Under the pieces are notes generated by a model. The model had not been told where the DNA came from. It saw only the letters and a program-made list of their open reading frames with translations, and searched no databases. Of a stretch of 64,000 nt of DNA, positions 1 through 8,751 are shown piece after piece. Positions within the stretch are counted from its first letter, which is position 1; every line of letters starts with the position of its first letter. The position numbers were made by a program, and so were the translations under genes. This DNA is from Marinicella sp. (GTDB lineage Bacteria; Pseudomonadota; Gammaproteobacteria; Xanthomonadales; Marinicellaceae): NCBI GenBank assembly GCA_965230295.1, contig OZ246001.1, positions 1,312,001-1,376,000 on the forward strand. Reading direction: 5' to 3'.

Positions 1-600
1 GCAAAAAACCAACTGGCCGATGCGGTCGATGCTTTTTGTGAAGGCATCGGATTCTCGCATGCACAAACTGACCGGGTGTTTGCAGCTGCAGCCCGCTGGG
101 GATTGCCGGTGAAATTACATGCAGATCAACTCAGCGACTTGGGCGGAGCTGGTTTGGTGGCCGATTATGGCGGTCTGTCTGCAGACCATGTTGAATACAC
201 CTCAATCAACAGCATCCGAAAAATGGCGGGCAATGGCACCGTAGCGACACTGTTACCCTATGCCTTTTATGCCCTGAATGAAACCCAAAAACCACCCATT
301 GAAGCGTTCAGAAAACACGGCGTTGATATGGCCATTGCCACCGATTGCAACCCAGGTACAGCCCCCACCACCAACTTGCTGCAATGCCTGCACATGGGCT
401 GTACCTTATTTGGCCTAACCGTTGAAGAGGCCATTTTGGGCGTCACCATCAACGCCGCCAAAGCGCTTGGCATTGACGATGACAAAGGCTCTATCGAAGT
501 GGGTAAAGTCGCCGAAATGGTACTGTGGGACACCACCGAAATGGCTGATTTGGTGTATTGGCAAGGGGCCAATCGGGTTAAGCAGTTGATTAAAAACTAA
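1..600 (+). CDS. hutI: Imidazolonepropionase, 3' part (5' end outside window)
   Basis: Frame open from base 1 (AKNQLADAVDAFCEGIGF); motifs KLHADQL, SADHVEY, MAIATDCNPGTAP, GSIEVGKVAE. Confidence 0.93.
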   Translation, partial: AKNQLADAVDAFCEGIGFSHAQTDRVFAAAARWGLPVKLHADQLSDLGGAGLVADYGGLSADHVEYTSINSIRKMAGNGTVATLLPYAFYALNETQKPPIEAFRKHGVDMAIATDCNPGTAPTTNLLQCLHMGCTLFGLTVEEAILGVTINAAKALGIDDDKGSIEVGKVAEMVLWDTTEMADLVYWQGANRVKQLIKN

Positions 601-604
601 CCAT

Positions 605-657
605 CGTCCACTTCGACTCCCGCCTGTGCTGAGCCTGCCGAAGTGCTCAGTGAACGG
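605..657. repeat. REP-like palindrome (cttcgact..gctcag family) with an internal second unit
   Basis: cgtccacttcgactcccgcctgtgctgagcctgccgaagtgctcagtgaacgg; near-identical reverse-complement copy at 4146-4194, simpler copy at 4112-4139. Confidence 0.75.
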
Positions 658-741
658 ATGATTGTTCTGTAAGTGAATCACAACCAAAGATATTCGTGTA
701 AGGATCGAAATCAGGTGGAATGATGGTTACGCTTGGCCACA

Positions 742-925
742 TCGTGGACTGAAGCCCATGCTCTGAACAACCCTGGAGCGCCGACTTCAGTCGGCGTTGG
801 ATTCGGTTTGAACTGCAACAACACCCAACCGCTCAATGGTCTAATTCAACAAATGGCATCCTATCATCTCATGATGGCTGCGGCTTGTCGCCTGACCATG
901 TCGTGGACCGAAGTCCACGCTCCAA
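742..925. repeat. Three REP-like palindromes (ggactgaagtcc family)
   Basis: tcgtggactgaagcccatgctc at 742, inverted ggagcgccgacttcagtcggcg near 775, tcgtggaccgaagtccacgctcc at 901. Confidence 0.65.
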
Positions 926-1016
926 TGAGTGATGACTGTTCTGCTGGCGATGCGGAAACAAAGTATGGCCCCACATGGACGTGGGAAATACTGAAATCTG
1001 TCAGAAACAAATTCAG

Positions 1017-1524
1017 TGAAGTCCCAAGACCATTCCCATACGAATTCCTGGTTGGTCAGCGTAGCTGATCAGAAGGAATCTCATTCAATGCCATGGCTGA
1101 TGTGGTCGCTTTCATTTTTTTCTTTAGAACAAAATGAATGAAGACCCAAGACCATTCCCATATGAATTCCTGGTTGGTCAGCGTAGCTGATCAGAGGGAA
1201 TCTCATTCAATGCCATGGCTGATGTGGTCGCTTTCATTTTTTTCTTTAGAACAAAATGAATGAAGACCCAAGACCATTCCCATATGAATTCCTGGTTGGT
1301 CAGCGTAGCTGATCAGAGGGAATCTCATTCAATGCCATGGCTGATGTGGTCGCTTTCATTTTTTTCTTTAGAACAAAATGAATGAAGTCCCAAGACCATT
1401 CCCATACGAATTCCTGGTTGGTCAGCGTAGCTGATCAGAAGGAATCTCATTCAATGCCATGGCTGATGTGGTCGCTTTCATTTTTTTCTTTAGAACAAAA
1501 TGAATGAAGACCCAAAGCCATTCC
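1017..1524. repeat. Tandem array: 4 full copies of a 122-bp unit plus a partial fifth
   Basis: cccaa recurs at 1023, 1145, 1267, 1389, 1511 (period 122); full copies differ at 3 positions; each unit holds two hairpins. Confidence 0.97.
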
Positions 1525-1565
1525 TATATAATCGTCGGGTTAAATAAAAATAAAGAGGGTCGTTC

Positions 1566-3074
1566 ATGGACATCATTCCAACAGCAGGATTTTCACTTGA
1601 ATCAATGGCCAGAGGTGCCGTTGGCTTATTGACCTTGATTGCCATTGCCTATGCATTCAGTAGCAACCGCAAAGGCATCAGTTGGAAGGTGGTTGGTATT
1701 GGCTTATCCATCCAGTTAACTCTCGCAATAGGTGTAATCTACATAGATTCTGTCCAGAATGGCTTCAAATGGGTAGGCTCAATTTTCATCAACATCATGG
1801 ACTTCACCAAAGCAGGTACTGGCTTCTTATTCAGCTCATTTGGCACCGGGGAAATTGAATCACCCTTAATCAATTTCGCAGTCATGATTTTACCAACCAT
1901 CATCTTTTTCTCAGCCCTGACATCGGTGTTGTTTTATTTAGGCATCATTCAGAAAATTGTCAAAGGACTGGCTTGGATGTTGACCAAAGCCCTGAAAATA
2001 TCAGGGGCCGAAAGTTTATCGGTCGCCGGTAACATCTTTTTGGGTCAAACCGAAGCACCCTTGATGATCAAAAAATATTTAGAATCGATGAATAAATCGG
2101 AAATCCTGTTGGTGATGATCGGTGGCATGGCAACTGTGGCTGGCGGCGTGTTGGCAGCCTATGTTGGATTTCTTGGTGGCGAAGACAAAGCGTTACAATT
2201 GTTTTATGCAAAACACTTGTTGGCAGCCTCAGTGATGGCGGCGCCTGGCGCAATAGTGGTTGCCAAAATCCTCTATCCTCAAACCGAAAAAATTGAATCA
2301 AACATCGAAGTGTCCAACGAAGCTGTTGGAACCAATTTCCTGGATGCTCTGGCCAACGGAACCACCGAAGGTTTGAAGTTAGCCATGAATGTAGGTGCCA
2401 TGCTGTTGGTGTTTTTCTCCTTCATTGCTTTGGTGAATTTCATCTTTAATTTTCTGGGATCAATCCTCAACACCACAGCCTTATTGGGCTTGATCGCAGG
2501 TTCGATCGCTGTAACTTTTGCCTGGATGAAATCCAGCCCTGACCTGGCTCGATGGAAAGCCGGCATTCTCGGCACCACCTTAACCTTTGCCTTGTACATG
2601 ATCGTGATGAGCATTGGTACCAACTATTACAACTTTGCTGAAGTCAGTGACAATTTCAATCAACTGATTGCTGCCAACACCTCTTACAACACCTTGTCAT
2701 TGGAGTTTATCCTGGGTCATTTATTTGCGCCCTTAATGTGGTTGATCGGTGTGGCCACCGAAGACATCACCAAATTGGGCCAGTTATTGGGTGTGAAGAT
2801 CATTGCTTCTGAATTTGTCGGCTATGAAAATCTGGCAACCTTGAAAGACACTGCACAAGAAGTGCATCTGATGTATGACAAATCCATCCTGATGGCCACT
2901 TACATGCTGTGTGGTTTTGCCAATTTTGCCTCCATCGGCATCCAAGTCGGTGGCATCGGTTCATTGGCCCCGGGTCAACGCAAAGTGCTGTCTTCATTTG
3001 GGATGAAAGCTTTACTCGGTGGCACTCTGGCCTCACTGTTCTCAGCCACCATGGCTGGTATGTTGGTGGGGTAG
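1566..3074 (+). CDS. nupC: Concentrative nucleoside transporter (CNT/NupC-NupG family)
   Basis: GNIFLGQTEAPL, GGMATVAGGVL, SVMAAPG, LCGFANFASIGIQVGG; SD-like gagggt upstream. Confidence 0.92.
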   Translation: MDIIPTAGFSLESMARGAVGLLTLIAIAYAFSSNRKGISWKVVGIGLSIQLTLAIGVIYIDSVQNGFKWVGSIFINIMDFTKAGTGFLFSSFGTGEIESPLINFAVMILPTIIFFSALTSVLFYLGIIQKIVKGLAWMLTKALKISGAESLSVAGNIFLGQTEAPLMIKKYLESMNKSEILLVMIGGMATVAGGVLAAYVGFLGGEDKALQLFYAKHLLAASVMAAPGAIVVAKILYPQTEKIESNIEVSNEAVGTNFLDALANGTTEGLKLAMNVGAMLLVFFSFIALVNFIFNFLGSILNTTALLGLIAGSIAVTFAWMKSSPDLARWKAGILGTTLTFALYMIVMSIGTNYYNFAEVSDNFNQLIAANTSYNTLSLEFILGHLFAPLMWLIGVATEDITKLGQLLGVKIIASEFVGYENLATLKDTAQEVHLMYDKSILMATYMLCGFANFASIGIQVGGIGSLAPGQRKVLSSFGMKALLGGTLASLFSATMAGMLVG

Positions 3075-3101
3075 TAATAAATCCGAATGCCAGTTAAGTC
3101 T

Positions 3102-3185
3102 TGCCATTGCGAGGAACGCAGTGACGTGGCAATCTCATGAATTTGATCAGGTGTTATGAGAATGCTGCGCAAGGCTCGCAATGAC
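3102..3185. repeat. REP-like element (gtcattgcgag...ctcgcaatgac family)
   Basis: Terminal inverted repeats; homologous copies at 24734-24823 and 41924-42006. Confidence 0.8.
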
Positions 3186-3293
3186 CAAAAACAACATCTG
3201 ATGAATCAGAACATTAAAATTCTGTGAAACAGTGGTGAATTTTGTATGACAGCGAACATAAAAACTTGCATTTTTTTCTCAGCTGGTTTGTAA

Positions 3294-3917
3294 TTGGATA
3301 AACCACTCAGGAGAAAATTGATTAAACGTCACTACCTTGGGTCGCATCAAACCCTCAGAACTGATGCATCGGGTATGCCACTTGAATGGCTAAATTGTGA
3401 ACAAGTCGCCAAGTTAATGGCATTAGATATGGTGCAGTACGAATTCGGCGCCACCCTCACCCGCCTCCACGGCGGCATCAATGCCCTTTCCGGCAAACAA
3501 AGTTACTACGACATCCCTGCCATCATCGGCACCAAAGGCTACAACAACCACATCCACAAACAACTGGCACAGTACATTCCACCACTGAACAACCAAACCC
3601 TGTTCAAGCGTGATCAAAATTTATGTTTGTATTGTGGACAAGTTTTCCACCGCCACCAACTCTCAAGAGACCACGTCACTCCGGTGTCACAGGGCGGCAA
3701 AGACGTGTGGACCAATGTGGTTACATCGTGTAAACGGTGTAATAACCACAAAGCCGATCGTACACCTTTACAAGCCAACATGCGTTTACTGGCGATTCCG
3801 TTTGCCCCGAATTACGCTGAATACATTTTTCTGCAAAACAAAAATATCATCGCTGATCAGATGAATTTCTTGATGAATCATTTTCCCAAGAAGTCACCGT
3901 TCAGGCGACGCATGTAA
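3294..3917 (+). CDS. HNH endonuclease (McrA-like, Zn-binding)
   Basis: RDQNLCLYCG..SRDHVTPVSQGG..WTNVVTSCKRCNNHKADRTP; start codon uncertain. Confidence 0.9.
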   Translation: MDKPLRRKLIKRHYLGSHQTLRTDASGMPLEWLNCEQVAKLMALDMVQYEFGATLTRLHGGINALSGKQSYYDIPAIIGTKGYNNHIHKQLAQYIPPLNNQTLFKRDQNLCLYCGQVFHRHQLSRDHVTPVSQGGKDVWTNVVTSCKRCNNHKADRTPLQANMRLLAIPFAPNYAEYIFLQNKNIIADQMNFLMNHFPKKSPFRRRM

Positions 3918-4111
3918 ATAAAGGACCGCAGAACAATGGATTGACCCTGTCTCAGGTTGAGACCCTCCTCAGACCGCCTCAAAAAAAGTCAATAACCATT
4001 CAATCCCCATCAAATTTACTGATTAGTGGCACCACCTCAGAGGTTGAATTTCACAATGTTTTCCCTAATCCGAATGTATTAAATTCCTGACTTTAGTTAA
4101 ATTTGTATGAC

Positions 4112-4351
4112 CATTCACTTCGACTCCGCTCAGTGAACGAATCATCGCTGGCTGAGCACTTCGTCAGGCTCAGCACAGGCTACAGTCGAAGCCAATCTAT
4201 TTGTCATCCCGAGCTTCGTCGAGGGATCTCCTGAAACAAGGAATGATTTGATGAAAAAAATATCTTCTTCACGAAAAGAGATTTCTCCACTCGCTACACT
4301 CGGTCGAAATGACTGATAGCTGTCATCCCGAGCACAGCCGAGGGATCTCCC
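4112..4351. repeat. Cluster of REP-like palindromes
   Basis: 4112-4139 and 4146-4194 (cttcgact..gctcag family); 4202-4313 and 4321-4351 (tgtcatcccgagc..cgagggatctc family). Confidence 0.8.
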
Positions 4352-4370
4352 TAAGCTGGGTTGAACCAAA

Positions 4371-4652
4371 TTATTGGTGTATCTTGGCCCATTCGATGAA
4401 AGGCTGAAGTTTTTCATCGGCCAACAACAGCTCCAAGGAATTCAAATGCCGACCCAAATATTTTTCGCTGTATTGTTTGTGGATAAAGGAATGACAGCGC
4501 CTACACACATCAATGCCGCGGGTGCGCATGTCTTCCCGGGTGAAGTTTTTCCTGAACCATTTGTTCTTATGACAGGTTTTGGGGATCAAGTGGTGAAACG
4601 TGATGTTGTGTTCAGAGCCGCAGAGCTGGCAATTATTATCATCTTGATGCAT
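4371..4652 (-). CDS. Small HNH-like Zn-binding protein (YisB-like)
   Basis: CQLCG..TFHHLIPK..VCRRCHSFIH..LNSLELLL..FIEW. Confidence 0.8.
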   Translation of the reverse strand: MHQDDNNCQLCGSEHNITFHHLIPKTCHKNKWFRKNFTREDMRTRGIDVCRRCHSFIHKQYSEKYLGRHLNSLELLLADEKLQPFIEWAKIHQ

Positions 4653-4691
4653 TTGAAGCCTTTAATCACACTGTAGTTATTCAAAAAGTGA

Positions 4692-4719
4692 TGTCATCCT
4701 GCGACTTGATCGCAGGATC
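4692..4719. repeat. REP-like palindrome (tgtcatcctgcgacttgatcgcaggatc)
   Basis: Self-complementary; near-identical reverse-complement copy at 24937-24967. Confidence 0.75.
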
Positions 4720-4902
4720 AAGGTGGGTGGCATTTAAATAGATTATAAGTCTTACAAAACGGACAAAACAACTGTCTGGATGCTGTGGTCTCGATCTCTG
4801 ATCCAGTCTCGATTCTAAGGCTTACGTCCATGAAAGCCGAACCAAAGCATGGCGTATCAATGTAAAACTTTTGATCGTGTGAGTTTGTGATTGTTATCTG
4901 GA

Positions 4903-6123
4903 TCAATCAATTCCCAGTTTTTTGATTTTATAGCGCAAGGCGCGAAAACTGATGCCGAGCAGATCGGCGGCTTTGGTTTTGTTGTTGTTGGTTTTGGCCA
5001 GGGCATTGGTGATTTCGCGGATTTCGATGTCTTCGATGTACTTTTCCAGGTTCATTTCTTTGTTCAGCTGAGGCTGGAATCCGGTGTTTTCTAATTGGAT
5101 GTCTTCATCTCTGATCAACTGATTCTGGCAGTTAACGGCTGCTTTTGACAACACCAGATCCAATTCTTTCATGTTCCCTGGAAAATCATATTTCTTCAGT
5201 TTGGCCAAGGCTGTGGGGTGAATTTTACAAGGCAGCTTATTCCATTTTTCTGCCAGTTGTTCCAAACGGGCTTTACATATATCACTCAAGTCATCTTTGA
5301 GTTCTAACAGGGACTTGGTTTCAATTTCACCCACCGAAATCGCCCGCAACAAAGCTTTTTTGATCCCGAGTGAATGTTTGAATTCTTCTTCACTCCAGTT
5401 GGTGGTAACGATGACACGCTGCTCTTCACCAAGCGCCTTAATGAACTTAATCAAAACGGTCTGTTGTTCTGGTTTCAACTGCTCTAGATTTTGAAAAATC
5501 AACGTGCCCTGACTGTCCGGTGTTAAGCTTTCCTCAGGGTCAGAGCAGTTAACAAATGTCATCTCTTGATTTCGCAGTGCACTGTTCTCATGGATCAGGG
5601 TGGCAATTTTCTCTTTCCAACTGCCACGGTCGCCGTAGACAATAACAGGCACTTGGCTGTGGGCATATTTATTGATCAAACTATCCAGTTCTTCAAAATA
5701 AGGTGTCTGGATATCTATGGTCGCCATTTCTTGCTGTTCATCCACTTGTTCGTGTTGTTGTAAACCGGTGATGACCAACTGGCGCAAGGTATCTAAGCTG
5801 ATGGGTTTGGTGATGAAATCATAAGCACCTTTTTTCAAGGTTTCAACAGCATGATTGATGGTTCCAAAAGCGGTGATGACCGCAATCGGCGTGTTGGGAT
5901 AATGCTCATGAACATGCTCAACCAACTCGCTGCCATTACCATCGGGCAGTTTAAAATCAGACAAACACAGGTGAAATGTGGTTTTCGACAGTTGGTACTT
6001 GGCAGCACCTAAACTCTCTGCTTTGTAAACCATAAATCCCATGCGGCTCAGTGATATTTCTAACAATTGTAAAATATCAGGTTCATCATCAACCACCAGA
6101 ATCTTTTTTTGTTCAGTTGTCAT
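4903..6123 (-). CDS. PilR/NtrC-like response regulator (receiver, degenerate AAA+, Fis HTH)
   Basis: ILVVDDEPDI..SDFKLPDG..GAYDFITKP receiver; YDFPGNMKEL; NKTKAADLLGISFRALRYKIKKLGI tail as in PilR. Confidence 0.85.
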   Translation of the reverse strand: MTTEQKKILVVDDEPDILQLLEISLSRMGFMVYKAESLGAAKYQLSKTTFHLCLSDFKLPDGNGSELVEHVHEHYPNTPIAVITAFGTINHAVETLKKGAYDFITKPISLDTLRQLVITGLQQHEQVDEQQEMATIDIQTPYFEELDSLINKYAHSQVPVIVYGDRGSWKEKIATLIHENSALRNQEMTFVNCSDPEESLTPDSQGTLIFQNLEQLKPEQQTVLIKFIKALGEEQRVIVTTNWSEEEFKHSLGIKKALLRAISVGEIETKSLLELKDDLSDICKARLEQLAEKWNKLPCKIHPTALAKLKKYDFPGNMKELDLVLSKAAVNCQNQLIRDEDIQLENTGFQPQLNKEMNLEKYIEDIEIREITNALAKTNNNKTKAADLLGISFRALRYKIKKLGID

Positions 6124-7025
6124 ACAGCTGCAGCTTCCAATAAATCTCTTCGCATCATTGGCCCAAATCTCATTTCCTCGATGAATGAAATCAGTGGCTC
6201 ATGGCTTACTCTCGATTTCATTATATCATCATTTTCAAGCGGTGCATCAAGTACAATTTTTGACAATAATTTAGACAATCGGGCATCTTCATGGTGGTTT
6301 TTGATCTTGGCCTGGCAGGATTTTGCACCCCTGAAACTGAGAAATTCAATTTCCCGATAACGCTCGAATAAGGAGTCCAAGTCATTGAAATGATTCAATA
6401 AAATACAGGCAGTCTTGGGTCCAATGCCTTTGATCCCTGGGATGTTGTCCACTTGATCTCCAGCCAATGCCAAATAATCACAGACCTGATCAGGGCGCAC
6501 ACCAAACTTTTCAGTCAGGGCATCAAAACCCAATGGTTTAGACTTGCCATAATCCCACCACCAATCATTGGCTCGGATCAATTGCGCCAGGTCTTTATCC
6601 GCACTGACCACGCATATTTGATGTCCACGTTCAGCATAAGTTTGGTGCAAAGTGCCTATCAAATCGTCGGCTTCGTAACTGTCATCAGCAAATACCGAGA
6701 CACCCAGCAAAGAGGCGAGTTTCTGACACTGTTTAAACTGGGCTATTAAATCTGCAGGAGCAGGATCACGGTTGGCTTTGTATGGGGGATAAATTTCATT
6801 ACGAAATGAAGTGGTCAAAGCCTCATCAAAGGCTGTGGCAATCAGCTTTGGCTGGGTTTGCTTGATAAAACGACACAGAAATCGGGCGAAACCATACACC
6901 GCATGATTCGAGTTGCCATGAACATCCACCAGATCTGGTGACATGGAGTAATAACTGCGAAAAACAAAAACCGACGAATCGATCAAAAAAGCCGTCGGTT
7001 TTTGTGTATCATCGCCTGCCATCAA
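6120..7025 (-). CDS. Stand-alone 5'-3' exonuclease / flap endonuclease (PolA N-terminal-like)
   Basis: FRNEIYPPYKANR, YEADDLIGT, SADKDLAQL, LAGDQVDNIPGIKGIGPKTA. Confidence 0.93.
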   Translation of the reverse strand: MMAGDDTQKPTAFLIDSSVFVFRSYYSMSPDLVDVHGNSNHAVYGFARFLCRFIKQTQPKLIATAFDEALTTSFRNEIYPPYKANRDPAPADLIAQFKQCQKLASLLGVSVFADDSYEADDLIGTLHQTYAERGHQICVVSADKDLAQLIRANDWWWDYGKSKPLGFDALTEKFGVRPDQVCDYLALAGDQVDNIPGIKGIGPKTACILLNHFNDLDSLFERYREIEFLSFRGAKSCQAKIKNHHEDARLSKLLSKIVLDAPLENDDIMKSRVSHEPLISFIEEMRFGPMMRRDLLEAAAV

Positions 7026-7034
7026 GTCTCAACC

Positions 7035-8744
7035 TCAAGTAATCAAGCCCATGGCCTCTAACTTCAACACAATGCGTTGGGTGGCCTGATCAGGGGTAAA
7101 GTTCAAGGTGTTGATGTCCATCTCTGGGTTTTTCGGCACATCATAGGGATCACTGATACCAGTGAATTCTTTGATCACACCTTTTCTGGCCAAAGCATAC
7201 AAGCCTTTGCGATCACGCTTCTCACACTCTTCTAATGGTGTAGAAACATGAATCTCAAGAAAGCCACCCAATGGCTCAATCCGTTCTCTGACTTCAGAGC
7301 GCATGCGTTCATAAGGTGCAATGGGCGCACAAATAGCGACCCCACCATTTTTGGTGATTTCGCTGGCCACATAGCCAATTCTTTGCACATTGATGTTGCG
7401 ATGTTCTCTGGAAAACCCCAACTCACTGGACAAGTGTTTGCGCACCACATCACCATCCAACAGGGTCACTGGACGGTTGATCATTTCCATCAGTTTAACC
7501 CGAAGGGCATTGGCTATGGTGGATTTGCCTGAACCCGATAAACCGGTGAAGAAAACCGTAAAGCCTTGTTTGTTTCTGGGTGGATAGCTTTTGCGCAGTT
7601 CAGCCACCACTTCAGGGTAGGAAAACCATTCTGGTATTTCTAACCCCAATTGCAGCCTGCGGCGCAACTCTGTTCCTGAAATATTCAGGATGTTTTCATC
7701 TTTCTGAATTTCAGAAACTGGGATGTACTGGGCTTTGTCTTGTGAATAGACCATCATTTCAAACTCAACCATGGCAATACCCAGTTCTTCCTCATGCTTT
7801 TTCAACAATTCCTGTGCAGCATATGGGTCATAGAATGGTTGTCCATTGGAATCATCGCCAGGTCCGGCATGATCACGTCCGACAATCAGGTGTGTACAAC
7901 CGTAGTTTTTGCGAATGATCGCATGCCACAAAGCTTCACGTGGTCCGCCCATACGCATCGCCAAGGGCAACAGTGACAAGGCAGTGGTGCGCTCAGGGTA
8001 ACGATCCATCACATTTTCATAACAACGCACGCGGGTAAAATGATCAATGTCTCCAGGTTTGGTTAAGCCCACCACAGGATGAATCAATAAATTGGCTTCC
8101 ACCCGTTGGGCTGCCCTGAAAGTCAGTTCCTGATGGGCACGGTGCATGGGGTTTCTGGTTTGAAATGCCACCACCCTAGACCAACTGAGCTTTTTGAATT
8201 TGGCCCTGATTTCCTGTGGGGTGTGGCGGTGTTGTTTGTAGTCATAATGAGTCGGTAACTGCAACCCCAATAATTCACCACCCAAGTAATATTCACCGGC
8301 TTGATTCATTAAATAATTAACCGCAGGGTGCTTTTCATCGGTGGTGCCATAGACCGCTTGTGCCTCGGCCGCTTTATCCACTTGCCATGCATCTTCAATT
8401 TTCAGTATCGCCAACACCACGCCTTCTAAATCGCGCAGGGTTAACTGCCCAGCTTCTTTGGCAGCCAGCATGGTTTTTTCATCCACATCCAAGGTAATGG
8501 GCATGGGCCACAAGGTGCCGTCAGCCAGCCGCATGTCAGCCAAAACCGCTGCATAATCGGCTTGTTTCATGAAACCTTGTAATGGCGAGAATGCCCCATT
8601 AAGCAACAGCTCAATGTCACAAATCTGACGTTCTGTCAGGTCCCAATCTGGCAGTTCGTTGGCCATTTTTTGACGCCTGTCTTTGGCTTCAGGGCTGGGT
8701 ATTAAATTAACAAGTTCGCCGCCATGGGCTGCTATGATTTTCAT
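7035..8744 (-). CDS. sat: Bifunctional sulfate adenylyltransferase / adenylylsulfate kinase (Sat-CysC)
   Basis: AFQTRNPMHRAH, GPREALWHAIIRKNYG, GRDHAG; C-terminal FTGLSGSGKST, LDGDVVR, RDRKGLY. Confidence 0.96.
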   Translation of the reverse strand: MKIIAAHGGELVNLIPSPEAKDRRQKMANELPDWDLTERQICDIELLLNGAFSPLQGFMKQADYAAVLADMRLADGTLWPMPITLDVDEKTMLAAKEAGQLTLRDLEGVVLAILKIEDAWQVDKAAEAQAVYGTTDEKHPAVNYLMNQAGEYYLGGELLGLQLPTHYDYKQHRHTPQEIRAKFKKLSWSRVVAFQTRNPMHRAHQELTFRAAQRVEANLLIHPVVGLTKPGDIDHFTRVRCYENVMDRYPERTTALSLLPLAMRMGGPREALWHAIIRKNYGCTHLIVGRDHAGPGDDSNGQPFYDPYAAQELLKKHEEELGIAMVEFEMMVYSQDKAQYIPVSEIQKDENILNISGTELRRRLQLGLEIPEWFSYPEVVAELRKSYPPRNKQGFTVFFTGLSGSGKSTIANALRVKLMEMINRPVTLLDGDVVRKHLSSELGFSREHRNINVQRIGYVASEITKNGGVAICAPIAPYERMRSEVRERIEPLGGFLEIHVSTPLEECEKRDRKGLYALARKGVIKEFTGISDPYDVPKNPEMDINTLNFTPDQATQRIVLKLEAMGLIT

Positions 8745-8751
8745 AAGTTTC

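Noticed and set aside
733-1068. 111-aa ORF
   Set aside because: Reads through palindromic repeats and into the tandem array; no protein features
1017-1524. CRISPR array
   Set aside because: Units are near-identical over the whole 122 bp with no unique spacers, and no cas genes are present
1017-1524. Known tandem riboswitch for the nucleoside transporter
   Set aside because: No recognisable purine or other aptamer consensus, and the likely -10 box lies downstream of the array
3294-3917. RNA-guided nuclease (IscB/Cas9-like)
   Set aside because: Only 207 aa, no RuvC motifs, ordinary McrA-like HNH, no evident link to the repeat array
3918-4110. Possible ncRNA after the HNH gene
   Set aside because: Only a short hairpin (gtctca-ggt-tgagac); no match to RNA families I can recognise
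4718-4906. 62-aa ORF with CPFC overlapping the PilR-like stop
   Set aside because: Could be a remnant truncated at the palindrome, but no recognisable homology
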